Origin: an uncultured Clostridia bacterium
GTDB lineage: Bacteria > Bacillota > Clostridia > Christensenellales > UBA1242
NCBI GenBank assembly: GCA_947589025.1
Contig: CANQAY010000006.1
Span: 2,755 to 66,754 of the forward strand
Length of the DNA stretch: 64,000 bases
Direction of reading: 5' to 3'
Shown here piece by piece: positions 52,547 to 62,319 of this stretch. How positions within the stretch are numbered: position 1 is the first letter of the stretch; each line of letters starts with the position of its first letter. The position numbers and the translations under genes were made by a program. The notes below the pieces were generated by a model, which was given only the letters and a program-made list of their open reading frames with translations, did not search any database and was not told the origin of the DNA.

Positions 52547-54104
52547 TTAATTTATAATTCATTTTTTTATTTTTAAATATTTTACTATCCATAATTTTTA
52601 AATTTTTATCAATTAAAGGTTTAAATTCCATCTGTTTAAGAACATCTTTTTGCAAATCAATGTTGGGCGCAATTTCGGTTAACATTAAACCTTTATTTGT
52701 AAGTTTAAACACGGCACGCTCGGTTACATAAACAATTTCCTGTTTATTTTTTAACGCATTTTTTGCGGAGAATGTTATTTGTTGCACATGTTTTACAAAT
52801 TTTTTAATTTTGCCCTCTGCACTAATTTTTAGCCCGCCATTTACCGTTTTAACGGCCAATCCGCTTGAAGTGAAAGTGCCCATAAACACAATTTTTTTGG
52901 CGGTTTGCGTAATGTTAATAAATCCGCCCGGGCCGGTTACGCGCTTGCCAAATTTAGAAACATTAACATTGCCCTCGCTATCAGTTTCTGCCATGCCCAA
53001 AATTGCCATATCTAACATGCCGCCATCATATAAATCGAACATTGAAGCATCGCCAATAATAGAATCGGCATTATGTGCCACACCAAATGCTACGCCGTTT
53101 TGCGCAACTCCGCCCGTTATGCCCGTTTCAATTGAAAGGGTTATATCTTGCACACAGCCCTCTTCATTGCAAACGTTTGCAACCAATTCTGGCATGCCAA
53201 CACCAAGGTTAACAAGCACGCCTTTTTTAAGTTCTTGCATGGCGCGCCTAGCACAAATTTTGCGCTCGCTTAATTCAACCGGTTTAATATCTTCTAACTT
53301 AATGCGAGATTTACCCACCAAACTTGGCGTGTGCTTTGGCACATTGTAATCCCCTTTAGATAAATCCGGTTTAGCAACCACAACATAGTCCACCAACACG
53401 GAAGGGATAAGCACATCTTTTGCTTTTAACTTGCCATATTCCACAACTTTTTCCACCTGAACAATTACGATGCCGCCGCAGTTATGAGCTGCCGCTGCAA
53501 GTTGAAATTGCTCACCAATAATTGGCTCCCATTCAAGTGAAATGTTGCCTTTTGTGTCGGCATAACTTGCCTTAATAATTGCCACATCAACCGGGAAAGC
53601 TTTGTAATATAAATATTCTTTATTGTCAATATTAACCAAACTTACAATTGGCGGAAGTTGTTTTGCCTTTTCATTTTCACACGCGGCTTCAATGCGTGGG
53701 TCAACAAAAGTGTTTAAGCCAATTGGCGTTATAATGCCCGGCTTGTTTGAAGCGCTGGCGCGCAGCAAATGAGTGTAAACACCAAGCGGCAAGCCAAATG
53801 CCGGAAATTTATTTTCACCAATTGCCATGCCAAATTTTTTGCCCATGCCAAGGTGGGCGCACATTGCTTTTGCCACCATGCCGTCCTGTGCCAGGCAGTT
53901 CATGCCAACATCTTCATAAGTTAAATTGCCGGGAGATATGCCGGCGCAAACAGTTAAATTTTTAGGGTGATGAGATTTTAAAAATTGTTGTTGCATGGCT
54001 ATTAACACCGCATCGGGCGAGCCGCTGCCACCCGAACCACTTACCCCAACTGTGGAATTATCTTTAATTAATTTTGCCACTTCACACGCAGAAACAATTT
54101 TCAT
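52536..54104 (-). CDS. Acyl-CoA:acetate/3-ketoacid CoA-transferase family protein
   Basis: About 520 aa as a fused alpha/beta CoA-transferase, with the N-terminal GVSGSGGSGSPDA segment. Start at MKIVSACE (54104) with a GGAGGGG SD. Confidence 0.8.
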   Translation of the reverse strand: MKIVSACEVAKLIKDNSTVGVSGSGGSGSPDAVLIAMQQQFLKSHHPKNLTVCAGISPGNLTYEDVGMNCLAQDGMVAKAMCAHLGMGKKFGMAIGENKFPAFGLPLGVYTHLLRASASNKPGIITPIGLNTFVDPRIEAACENEKAKQLPPIVSLVNIDNKEYLYYKAFPVDVAIIKASYADTKGNISLEWEPIIGEQFQLAAAAHNCGGIVIVQVEKVVEYGKLKAKDVLIPSVLVDYVVVAKPDLSKGDYNVPKHTPSLVGKSRIKLEDIKPVELSERKICARRAMQELKKGVLVNLGVGMPELVANVCNEEGCVQDITLSIETGITGGVAQNGVAFGVAHNADSIIGDASMFDLYDGGMLDMAILGMAETDSEGNVNVSKFGKRVTGPGGFINITQTAKKIVFMGTFTSSGLAVKTVNGGLKISAEGKIKKFVKHVQQITFSAKNALKNKQEIVYVTERAVFKLTNKGLMLTEIAPNIDLQKDVLKQMEFKPLIDKNLKIMDSKIFKNKKMNYKLNKK

Positions 54105-54167
54105 TTTTACCCCTCCTAAAAATATATTAACCTTTTTAAAAATAAAAATCAAACAAAATTAGCAAAA

Positions 54168-54197
54168 TAAAAAACTGCCAAAAGGCAGTTTTTATTT
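54168..54197. terminator. Bidirectional terminator
   Basis: Stem ACTGCC/GGCAGT (54174-54179 with 54184-54189) with an AAAA loop, flanked by an A-run and a T-run. Confidence 0.7.
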
Positions 54198-55674
54198 ATT
54201 TTTTAGTGGTTTTCTTAGTTGTTGTTTTTGTTTGAGTTGGCTTTTTTGTTGTTGTTCTGCTTGCTGCAGGCTTTGTTGTTTTGCTTGCAGTTGTTTTTGT
54301 TGCAGGTTTTGCGGTTGTTTTGGTTGTGGTTTTTGCAACTGTTTTAGGCTGAGTGCCTTCAACGTCAACTGTTTGCATAGTTGTGTCTGGCACGGAAACT
54401 ACGCCAACATTTTCAACCTGAACTTTTTTCTTTCTTAACACAAATTTATCCATTAAGAATTTAACAATGCAACCAAGCACAATTGAAACTGCGGCAACAA
54501 CAAAGAACACTTCTGCCCAAGAGTAAGGAGCTTCTGGGTTTTGGCCTCTAATTTCAACATAGAAATAGATGAAAGGCATATGCAACATATAAATATATAA
54601 TGAAGCACCACCTAAATAGCCAAACACTTTTGCGGTGTATTTGTTATTTAAAAGTTGAGTTATAAAATCTTTTTCCAACAAAGTTAAGCCAACAAGCAAA
54701 ATGCAAAGCAAGTGAACTAACCATCTGGTTAAAGTGCCACCGCCGTCATTGTTTGTTATGCTGTATGGACCAGAAATCCAAGTAGGGTTAATTGTGTAAA
54801 TTACTAAAACTGTTGCAACAAAAATGTATAAAATTGTTAACATAATTTTAGTAAATGTGTTAAATTTTAGTGTTTTTAGTTTTTCAACAGCGTAATAAAT
54901 TAGCACGCCGCCGCACATACCTAAGAACACGAATAATAAGCCATTGTTAAAGCCAATTACGGCATCAGTTACTGGTGTGCCAATAACAGATTTGGTTGCG
55001 GCATTTTGAACACCAAAAGTTGACCAAGCAACTTGGCTTGCCCTTGTGCCGTTCCAAGCCCACCAGCCGCCTAAGAACACGAATGTTAATGGAGCAATGA
55101 AACCTGCAAATAGGTCTTCATTTTTGCACATTAACCAATAAATAATGTAGCTGCTAATTAATAAGCCAGAGATGAACCACATTGCACCATTAGCTTGGCT
55201 GTAAGCCGCACCAAAGCCTGCGGAATATAACCCTAAAAATTCCCACAAGCCATTGAATGTTGAAAATAATGCGTGCAAGAATGTTTCACCATTGAAAATA
55301 GCAACCGAGGTAATGCCAAGCAAAATGCCAAGTGCTAAAACTGGCAACAATGCTTTCATTCTATCCCAGATGTATTCCCAAGCTCTTCCACTTGCTTTCC
55401 TTTGAGCATATTCTGGGTTTGCTTGCAAACGCTTAAAGTGTTTAACAAGGAAATAACCAGCTGTTAAGGTGAAAACAAATAGAATTTCGCCTGCGCCAGC
55501 CATCCAATTTGCGGCAACCAAAGCTTTAGGCATTGTGCGAGGAAGAATTGTGCCAATGTGATAACCGGTTATGGCAATAGCAAAGAAGAAACGCCAAAAT
55601 TCAATTGCAAAATTTCTCTTTTTGCTTGTTGCAACCGTTTGAACGGGTTGCGAAACAGTGTTTTCTTTTGTCAT
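54196..55674 (-). CDS. Acyltransferase family 3 membrane protein with a Thr/Lys-rich C-terminal tail
   Basis: 492-aa polytopic protein with the typical acyltransferase-3 N-terminus (RNFAIEFWRFFFAIAITGYH). The last ~60 aa are T/K/A/P-rich. Confidence 0.7.
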   Translation of the reverse strand: MTKENTVSQPVQTVATSKKRNFAIEFWRFFFAIAITGYHIGTILPRTMPKALVAANWMAGAGEILFVFTLTAGYFLVKHFKRLQANPEYAQRKASGRAWEYIWDRMKALLPVLALGILLGITSVAIFNGETFLHALFSTFNGLWEFLGLYSAGFGAAYSQANGAMWFISGLLISSYIIYWLMCKNEDLFAGFIAPLTFVFLGGWWAWNGTRASQVAWSTFGVQNAATKSVIGTPVTDAVIGFNNGLLFVFLGMCGGVLIYYAVEKLKTLKFNTFTKIMLTILYIFVATVLVIYTINPTWISGPYSITNNDGGGTLTRWLVHLLCILLVGLTLLEKDFITQLLNNKYTAKVFGYLGGASLYIYMLHMPFIYFYVEIRGQNPEAPYSWAEVFFVVAAVSIVLGCIVKFLMDKFVLRKKKVQVENVGVVSVPDTTMQTVDVEGTQPKTVAKTTTKTTAKPATKTTASKTTKPAASRTTTKKPTQTKTTTKKTTKK

Positions 55675-55746
55675 TTTACCCCCTTTTAACCAACCAAGAA
55701 AACTGTTAGCTATTTTAATTATGTAACACTAAAAATTTATAGTCAA

Positions 55747-56286
55747 TTATTTTTTAACCTTTTTGTTTAAAATATTTTCGGCAAAATTTAAAAATTCATA
55801 ATAAATTTTTTCAGTTGTGCATGCTTTTTTAATTAGCACCACAAATTCATCTTTAAAAATAAAATAAACATTTTCGGGCGTAATTTTAACGGCGGTTAGA
55901 TCGGTTTTTTTGTAACTATTTGCTCCCAAAACCTTTTCTTTAATTAAAAATGTTTCGGTTAAAACATCATTTTCAAGCTTAATTTTAATTTTTGTAACAT
56001 CTTTTAAATTGGCATAATAAAATTCTTTTTGTTTATCCAAAACGCGGCTAAGCATAACTTTATCTATTAAAAAATAGCAAGCCAAAAGCCCCACACTAAT
56101 TATGCCAACATACCAATAGTTAGATTTTGTTATTATAGCGCCAATTGATGCCATAACGCCAATAATTGTAAAAAATATTAAAAGTAAACCAACAATGTTA
56201 GTTTTTCGCTTATTTTTTAAAATAAATAAATGTTTTGTTGCATTTAAATTATCTTCAAGCGAATAATTATAAACACATTCTACCAT
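55747..56286 (-). CDS. Hypothetical membrane protein (YcxB-like)
   Basis: 179 aa with two central TM helices followed by a soluble C-terminal domain. Weak family guess. Confidence 0.4.
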   Translation of the reverse strand: MVECVYNYSLEDNLNATKHLFILKNKRKTNIVGLLLIFFTIIGVMASIGAIITKSNYWYVGIISVGLLACYFLIDKVMLSRVLDKQKEFYYANLKDVTKIKIKLENDVLTETFLIKEKVLGANSYKKTDLTAVKITPENVYFIFKDEFVVLIKKACTTEKIYYEFLNFAENILNKKVKK

Positions 56287-56301
56287 ATTTTTAATTTAGC
56301 A
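56287..56301 (-). promoter_or_regulatory. Extended -10 box placed for a leaderless start
   Basis: The minus strand reads TGcTAAATT, then aaaaat (6 nt), then ATG at 56286. Confidence 0.45.
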
Positions 56302-56357
56302 CAAATTATAAAAAAAACAAAACAAAAAAGCACATTTGTGTGTGCTTTTAAATTTTA

Positions 56358-57356
56358 TTAAAGTAAGCCCATTGCAAATTTTGCACTTTTTAGCGTCTCT
56401 TCTGCCACAATTGCTGCCTTTTTTGCGCCATGCTCGGCAATATAATACAATCTATCTAAATTGTTCATGTAATATTCGTATCTTTCTCTAATTGGCCTTA
56501 CAACCGAAATAACGGCCTGGGTTGCGCGGCTTTTTAATGCACCATAATTTTGGCCCGATAGTGATGCCACAACCTTTTCAATTGGCACATTTTCGCAAGC
56601 GGAAATTATTGTAAGCAAATTGCTAACCCCCGGCTGATTTTTTTCATCAAATTTAATTTTGCCAAAGCTATCAGTAACGGCGCGCCTAATTTTGCGTGTA
56701 ATAGCCTCGTCACTATCTTCTAAAAAAATTATATTATTTGGGTCGTCATCCGTTTTGCCCATTTTTTGGGTTGGGTCAATTAGCCCCTTAATGCGCGCGC
56801 CCACCTTTGGCACAACGGCCTTTGGAATAACAAATGTTTCCCCAAACCTATGGTTAAAGCGCGTGGCAATATCCCGCGTTAGTTCAACGTGCTGAACTTG
56901 GTCTTCCCCCACGGGCACGATGTTGGTGTTATACAATAAAATATCTGCCGCCATAAGCACTGGGTAAGTGAACAGTGCAGTGGTTACATTTATGCCTTTA
57001 GCGGATTTATCTTTAAACTGCGTCATGCGGCTTGCCTCACCCATCATGGTGTTGCAATTTAATAGCCAACATAGTTCGGCGTGCTGCCTAACCTGAGATT
57101 GCACATAAATTACAGATTTTTTAGGGTCCAACCCGCAGGCCAAAAACATGGCAAGCTGCTTTAATGTGCGTTCTTTAACCAAGTCGGCATCCATATCCAC
57201 AGTGTGGGCGTGCAAATTGGCAATGCAAAAATAACAAGAATATTTATCCTGCAACGGAATCCAATTTTTAATTGCGCCCAAATAATTGCCCAATGTTAAA
57301 AGCCCGGTTGGCTTTGTTGCGCTATATAAAACTTCTTTTTCTTTTATTAATTTCAT
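56358..57356 (-). CDS. trpS: Tryptophan--tRNA ligase
   Basis: Class I motifs (TGLLTLGNYLGA HIGH region; KMGKT KMSKS-type). Start taken at MKLIKEKEV (57356) by comparison with known TrpS N-termini. Confidence 0.93.
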   Translation of the reverse strand: MKLIKEKEVLYSATKPTGLLTLGNYLGAIKNWIPLQDKYSCYFCIANLHAHTVDMDADLVKERTLKQLAMFLACGLDPKKSVIYVQSQVRQHAELCWLLNCNTMMGEASRMTQFKDKSAKGINVTTALFTYPVLMAADILLYNTNIVPVGEDQVQHVELTRDIATRFNHRFGETFVIPKAVVPKVGARIKGLIDPTQKMGKTDDDPNNIIFLEDSDEAITRKIRRAVTDSFGKIKFDEKNQPGVSNLLTIISACENVPIEKVVASLSGQNYGALKSRATQAVISVVRPIRERYEYYMNNLDRLYYIAEHGAKKAAIVAEETLKSAKFAMGLL

Positions 57357-57371
57357 AATTAAATTATAGCA
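57357..57371 (-). promoter_or_regulatory. Extended -10 box placed for a leaderless trpS start
   Basis: The minus strand has TTGTGT (57386-57391), a 17-nt spacer, TGcTATAAT, then ttaatt (6 nt), then ATG at 57356. No SD. Confidence 0.5.
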
Positions 57372-57396
57372 CAATAAAAATTTTAACACAACAAAA

Positions 57397-57432
57397 TTAG
57401 TTTAACTTCGTTTTTCTATAAATTAAACCCAT
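57397..57432 (-). CDS. Mini-ORF MGLIYRKTKLN downstream of the trpS-upstream terminator
   Basis: A strong AAGGAGG SD lies 6 nt before the ATG at 57432, with a TAA stop at 57397-57399. Confidence 0.3.
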   Translation of the reverse strand: MGLIYRKTKLN

Positions 57433-57510
57433 AATTTCCTCCTTTTTGGTTAATTAAATTTTGTTAATATAAACATTAATTTAATTTTTGTTTTACATTA
57501 ACCCTCCCCA

Positions 57511-57548
57511 CGAAAAGAAAAAGACTTTTCGATTACTCAAAAAGTCTT
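57511..57548 (-). terminator. Intrinsic terminator in the trpS upstream region
   Basis: Minus-strand stem AAGACUUUU/AAAAGUCUU (57540-57548 with 57521-57529) has a 10-nt loop and is followed by UUUCUUUU. Confidence 0.7.
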
Positions 57549-57632
57549 GTTAATGCGTAACACTCCACCAAGCGGGCAAATGCCGAATTGACGCCGGGCG
57601 GACACCAGAAAGGTGAAACTACTCCCTTTTAT
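57549..57632 (-). ncRNA. GC-rich structured RNA upstream of trpS (unclassified leader or sRNA; T-box-like features not confirmed)
   Basis: It lies between a promoter and a terminator. Contains AGGGAGUAG, CUGGUG and UUGGUGGAGUG. An 11-bp helix GUAG-UUUCACC with GGUGGAG-(UG)-UUAC encloses a 41-nt C/G-rich segment. Confidence 0.45.
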
Positions 57633-57638
57633 GCCGTT

Positions 57639-57667
57639 ATTATTTGATATAATTTTTACCTTGTCAA
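57639..57667 (-). promoter_or_regulatory. Promoter of the trpS-upstream RNA
   Basis: The minus strand has TTGACA (57662-57667), a 17-nt spacer and AATAAT (57639-57644). Confidence 0.5.
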
Positions 57668-57751
57668 CACTTTTTTAAAAAATTTTTTAAAGCAAAATTA
57701 ACTTATATAAGTATACAAAACTTAAATTTTTCAGCAAAACAATTTTAAGCA

Positions 57752-57780
57752 CAAAAAAATTCCGCATTTGCGGAATTTTT
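57752..57780 (-). terminator. Terminator after tuf
   Basis: Stem ATTCCGC/GCGGAAT (57759-57765 with 57770-57776) is followed on the minus strand by U7. Confidence 0.8.
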
Positions 57781-57781
57781 A

Positions 57782-58987
57782 CTAGCCAACGATTTCAGAA
57801 ACTACGCCTGAGCCAACAGTTCTGCCGCCTTCACGGATAGCGAACCTCATACCCTTTTCAACTGCGATAGGGTGAATTAATTCAACTTCCATGGAAACGT
57901 TATCACCTGGCATAACCATTTCAACGCCTTCTGGCAATTTAATTGAGCCAGTGATATCAGTTGTACGAACATAGAATTGAGGGCGATAGCCGTTAAAGAA
58001 TGCAGTATGACGGCCACCTTCTTCTTTCTTTAAAACGTAAACTTCTGCTTTAAACTTGGTGTGTGGAGTGATTGAACCTGGTTTTGCAAGAACTTGACCA
58101 CGTTCAATTTCTGTTCTTTGGATACCACGAAGCAATAAGCCGGCGTTATCACCAGAACGTGCTTCGTCAAGTGATTTACGGAACATTTCAATACCAGTAA
58201 TAACAACTTTACGGGTAGGTTTAATACCAACAAGTTCAACTTCTTCGTTAAGTTTAACAACACCACGCTCTACTCTACCAGTAGCAACAGTGCCACGGCC
58301 GGTGATAGAGAACACGTCTTCAACTGGCATTAAGAAAGGTTTTTCAGTATCACGAACTGGGTCTGGGATATAACTATCAACAGCATCCATAAGTTCTTTA
58401 ATGCAAGCGCAAGCAGGGTCATCAATTTTGCCTGCAGAAGCAGCTTCCAAAGCCTTTAATGCGCTACCGCGGATAATAGGAATAGTGTCGCCAGGGAATT
58501 CATATTTATTTAACAATTCCCTAACTTCCATTTCAACCAAATCCAAAATTTCAGGGTCGTCAACTTGGTCTACCTTATTTAAGAAAACAACAATGTAAGG
58601 AACGCCTACTTGACGAGCAAGCAAAATGTGTTCTTTAGTTTGAGGCATTGGGCCATCAGTTGCAGCAACAACTAGAATAGCGCCATCCATTTGAGCGGCA
58701 CCTGTAATCATGTTTTTAACGTAGTCTGCGTGTCCTGGGCAGTCTACGTGCGCATAGTGACGTTTTTCAGTTTCATATTCAATGTGTGAAGTGTTAATTG
58801 TAATACCACGAGCCCTTTCCTCTGGGGTATTATCAATTTCGGCATAACCTTTACTGTCTGCCTTAAAGCCTTTTTTGCCTAGCCATACGTTGATGGCTGC
58901 GGTTAAGGTTGTTTTACCGTGGTCAACGTGACCGATAGTACCAATATTAACATGTGGTTTGGTTCTATCAAATTTAGCTTTTGCCAT
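57782..58987 (-). CDS. tuf: Elongation factor Tu
   Basis: 401 aa starting [32 protein letters not shown], with DCPGH and NKVD G-motifs. Confidence 0.98.
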   Translation of the reverse strand: MAKAKFDRTKPHVNIGTIGHVDHGKTTLTAAINVWLGKKGFKADSKGYAEIDNTPEERARGITINTSHIEYETEKRHYAHVDCPGHADYVKNMITGAAQMDGAILVVAATDGPMPQTKEHILLARQVGVPYIVVFLNKVDQVDDPEILDLVEMEVRELLNKYEFPGDTIPIIRGSALKALEAASAGKIDDPACACIKELMDAVDSYIPDPVRDTEKPFLMPVEDVFSITGRGTVATGRVERGVVKLNEEVELVGIKPTRKVVITGIEMFRKSLDEARSGDNAGLLLRGIQRTEIERGQVLAKPGSITPHTKFKAEVYVLKKEEGGRHTAFFNGYRPQFYVRTTDITGSIKLPEGVEMVMPGDNVSMEVELIHPIAVEKGMRFAIREGGRTVGSGVVSEIVG

Positions 58988-59110
58988 AATTTAAAATCTC
59001 CTTTATAATTTATATTTTATATTTTAATTTAAAAGTTAAACATAGTCAAGCAAATTTAAACCTATTTTTTAACTTTATATTGTTTTTTTATTTTAACTTT
59101 AGCCTAAATG

Positions 59111-61195
59111 TTAATTTTCAGTTAACTTTTTTCTATCGCCAATAATTTTTTCGGCAACGTTTCTTGGGCATTCTGCGTAATGGTCAAACAACATTTGGAA
59201 TGTGCCGCGGCCCTGAGTTGTGCCACGCAAATCGGTTGAATAACCAAACATTTCGCTTAATGGAACTTCGGCATGAATAATTGTGCTGCCGTATTTTGTT
59301 TCGGTGCCGGTTGGCACGCCGCGGCGAGATGTTAAGCCGCCCAACACTGCACCAAGATATTCATCTGGCACGTTAACTTCAATTTTCATAATAGGTTCAA
59401 GCAACACTGGGTCTGCCTTTTTCATAGCCTCTTTAAATGCTAAAGAGCCGGCAATTTTAAACGCCATTTCGCTTGAATCGACATCGTGGTAAGAGCCATC
59501 AAAAACTGTAACTTTAAAGTCAATAGTTTCATACCCTGCCACAACGCCAGATTTTTTAGCCTCTTTAATACCAGCATCAATTGGTGGAATAAATTCTTTA
59601 GGGATTGCACCACCAACAACTGTGCTTTCAAACACATAGCCGGAATCACGTGGCAAAGGCTCCATTTTAATTTTACAATGCCCGTACTGACCGCGGCCGC
59701 CGGATTGTTTAATATATTTGCCTTCCGCTTCAACGGCTTTACGAATAGTTTCTTTATATGCAACTTGTGGCTTACCAACATTAACTTCAACGTTAAATTC
59801 GCGGCGCATTCTATCAACAAGAATATCTAGATGCAACTCGCCCATACCGGCAATAATTGTTTGGCCGGTTTGGTCGTCCGTGTAAGATTTAAATGTTGGG
59901 TCTTCTTCCATAAGTTTTGCAATGGCAATGCCCATTTTTTCTTGTGCCTGTTTATCTTTTGGTTCAATTGCCTGCTCAATAACCGGCTTCATGAACTCCA
60001 TTTCTTCCAAAATAATTGGGTGGTTTTCATCACAAAGGGTGTCACCCGTGCCGGTGTTCTTTAAACCAACAACGGCGCAAATATCCCCCGCCAAAACTTC
60101 TGGAATATCTGTTCTTTCATTGGCGTGCATGTGAAGCAAACGACCAATACGCTCTTTTTTATCCTTAGTGGAATTTAAAACATAGCTGCCCGCACTTAAT
60201 TTGCCGCTGTAAACACGAATAAATGTTATACGGCCAACATAAGGGTCGGTTGCAATTTTAAATGCCAAAGCGGCAAAAGGCTCGTTATCGTTATTATTAC
60301 GTTCAACATGGCTGCCATCTGCCAACTTGCCTTTAATTGGCGGCACGTCAACTGGGCTTGGCATATAGTCAACAACTGCATCCAAAAGCTCTTGTATGCC
60401 CTTATTTTTAGCAGCTGTTCCGCAAAGCACTGGGAACATTTTTAACTCACAAGTGGCTTTACGAATGCCTTTTTTAATTTCGTCCATGCTAAGTTCCTCA
60501 CCTGCAAAGAATTTTTCAAGCAAGGCATCGTCAGTTTCAGCAACTGATTCAATCATTTTTTGCCTATATTCTTGGCATTGTGCAAGCATGTCAGCGGGGA
60601 TTTCTTCTTCCCTATAATCTTTGCCTAAATCGTCATAGAAAACGTAGGCTTTCATTTTAACAAGGTCCACAATGCCTTTAAAAGTTTCAGCTTCGCCAAT
60701 AGGCAACTGAATTGGCACAGCGTTTGCGCCTAGCACCTCACGTATGCTTTTAACTGCTTTTAAAAAGTTTGCATCGTTAATGTCCATCTTGTTAATAAAG
60801 CAAAGCCTTGGAACATTAAACTTGCTTGCCTGACGCCAAACATTTTCACTTTGTGCTTGCACGCCGGCACGCGCGCTGAAAAGTGCCACTGCGCCATCCA
60901 AAACTTTAAGTGAGCGCTCTACTTCAACAGTAAAATCCACGTGGCCGGGAGTATCAATAATGTTGATGGTGCAATCTTGCCATTTACAAGTTGTGCAGGC
61001 AGAGGTGATTGTAATACCACGCTCTTGCTCTTGCGCCATCCAGTCCATAGTTGCTTCACCATCGTGCACTTCACCGATTTTGTGGTTAATGCCAGTGTAA
61101 AACAAAATACGCTCGGTTGTTGTGGTTTTACCGGTATCAATGTGCGCCATAATACCAATATTTCTAACTTTTTGTAACGGAACTGTTCTCGCCAT
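59111..61195 (-). CDS. fusA: Elongation factor G
   Basis: 694 aa with [22 protein letters not shown] and NKMD motifs. Confidence 0.98.
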   Translation of the reverse strand: MARTVPLQKVRNIGIMAHIDTGKTTTTERILFYTGINHKIGEVHDGEATMDWMAQEQERGITITSACTTCKWQDCTINIIDTPGHVDFTVEVERSLKVLDGAVALFSARAGVQAQSENVWRQASKFNVPRLCFINKMDINDANFLKAVKSIREVLGANAVPIQLPIGEAETFKGIVDLVKMKAYVFYDDLGKDYREEEIPADMLAQCQEYRQKMIESVAETDDALLEKFFAGEELSMDEIKKGIRKATCELKMFPVLCGTAAKNKGIQELLDAVVDYMPSPVDVPPIKGKLADGSHVERNNNDNEPFAALAFKIATDPYVGRITFIRVYSGKLSAGSYVLNSTKDKKERIGRLLHMHANERTDIPEVLAGDICAVVGLKNTGTGDTLCDENHPIILEEMEFMKPVIEQAIEPKDKQAQEKMGIAIAKLMEEDPTFKSYTDDQTGQTIIAGMGELHLDILVDRMRREFNVEVNVGKPQVAYKETIRKAVEAEGKYIKQSGGRGQYGHCKIKMEPLPRDSGYVFESTVVGGAIPKEFIPPIDAGIKEAKKSGVVAGYETIDFKVTVFDGSYHDVDSSEMAFKIAGSLAFKEAMKKADPVLLEPIMKIEVNVPDEYLGAVLGGLTSRRGVPTGTETKYGSTIIHAEVPLSEMFGYSTDLRGTTQGRGTFQMLFDHYAECPRNVAEKIIGDRKKLTEN

Positions 61196-61210
61196 AAATT
61201 TCCCCCTAAA

Positions 61211-61681
61211 TTACCAGCGGAAGTGAGCAAAGGCTTTGTTCGCTTCTGCTTGTCTGTGCATATCATCGCGGCGTTTAATTGCGCCACCAGCCTGGTTAAA
61301 TGCGTCCACTATTTCGGCAGAAAGTTTGTTTTCCATGCCGCGCTCGTTGCGCTTGCGGGCAAACATAACCAGCCATCTTATTGCAAGTGTTTGTTGACGG
61401 TCGGCACTAACTTCCATTGGCACTTGATAGTTAGCCCCACCCACACGCCTAGCTTTAGTTTCTAGCTTAGGCTTAATATTTTCAATTGCTGTTGTTAAAA
61501 CGTTAAGAGGTTCGTCCTTTAACTTTTCGCCAGCGGTTTGCATTGCACTGTAAACAATTGTTTGAGCAATGCCCTTTTTGCCATCTAACATAACTTGGTT
61601 AACAAGTTTTGTAACCAAAATTGAATTATATAGTGGATCTGGCAAAACTTCTCTTTTAACAGCCTGATTTCTTCTAGACAT
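61211..61681 (-). CDS. rpsG: 30S ribosomal protein S7
   Basis: 156 aa with the typical [17 protein letters not shown]-terminus, in str operon order. Confidence 0.97.
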   Translation of the reverse strand: MSRRNQAVKREVLPDPLYNSILVTKLVNQVMLDGKKGIAQTIVYSAMQTAGEKLKDEPLNVLTTAIENIKPKLETKARRVGGANYQVPMEVSADRQQTLAIRWLVMFARKRNERGMENKLSAEIVDAFNQAGGAIKRRDDMHRQAEANKAFAHFRW

Positions 61682-61717
61682 ATAATTCTCCTTATAAAAT
61701 TTTATTTAAATTAATTA

Positions 61718-62089
61718 TTACTTAGGGCGCTTAGCGCCATATTTAGAACGACCTTGTTTGCGTTTTTGCACAGCAGCGGTATCTAGCGCACCACGAACAA
61801 CATGATAACGCACACCTGGCAAATCAGGCACACGGCCGCCACGCACCAAAACTACATTGTGTTCTTGCAAGTTGTGGCCTTCACCTGGAATGTAACAAGT
61901 GGTTTCCTTTTTATTGGAAAGGCGAACACGACATATTTTACGCAAAGCAGAGTTTGGTTTTTTAGGTGTAGTGGTGGTAACAGTTAAACAAACGCCACGT
62001 TTTTGTGGGCATTTATCTAGCAAAATTGATTGGCTTTTAGAAACCTGTTTTTCTCTACCCTTTTTAACCAACTGATTAATTGTAGGCAT
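61718..62089 (-). CDS. rpsL: 30S ribosomal protein S12
   Basis: 123 aa with [12 protein letters not shown] and [10 protein letters not shown] motifs. AAGGAGG SD. Confidence 0.97.
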   Translation of the reverse strand: MPTINQLVKKGREKQVSKSQSILLDKCPQKRGVCLTVTTTTPKKPNSALRKICRVRLSNKKETTCYIPGEGHNLQEHNVVLVRGGRVPDLPGVRYHVVRGALDTAAVQKRKQGRSKYGAKRPK

Positions 62090-62224
62090 AATTCCTCCTT
62101 AAAAAATTTTAAAAATCAACCCATCGTTGCAAGCCGCCAACAAATTTTGCCCAGCCGCAACTACCCTATTGCTACAATATAGGGCTCTGTTATGACAAAC
62201 AGCATTTTGTACTATAACGAATTT

Positions 62225-62253
62225 ATTATATTAAATAAAAAAATAATTGTCAA
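62225..62253 (-). promoter_or_regulatory. str operon promoter
   Basis: The minus strand has consensus TTGACA (62248-62253), a 17-nt spacer and TATAAT (62225-62230). This predicts a ~128-nt 5' UTR with three hairpins. Confidence 0.7.
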
Positions 62254-62319
62254 TAGATTTTGCTGAAATATTTAACAAAATTTTATAATAAATTTGTTGG
62301 TTTATTGTTAAAAACAAAA

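Noticed and set aside
57549-57600. Trp-codon leader peptide upstream of trpS (frame TTG CCC GCT TGG TGG AGT GTT ACG CAT TAA), by analogy with tyrS.
   Set aside because: The region has no ATG, and the only in-frame TTG has no SD. The upstream GGGAG is not followed by any start codon at a usable distance. The tandem UGG is more likely part of an RNA motif.
57645-57653. Plus-strand extended -10 (TGaTATAAT) in the trpS-tuf intergenic region.
   Set aside because: Nothing on the plus strand could be transcribed from it, because it faces the 3' end of tuf. The same bases form the spacer and -10 of the better-supported minus-strand promoter.
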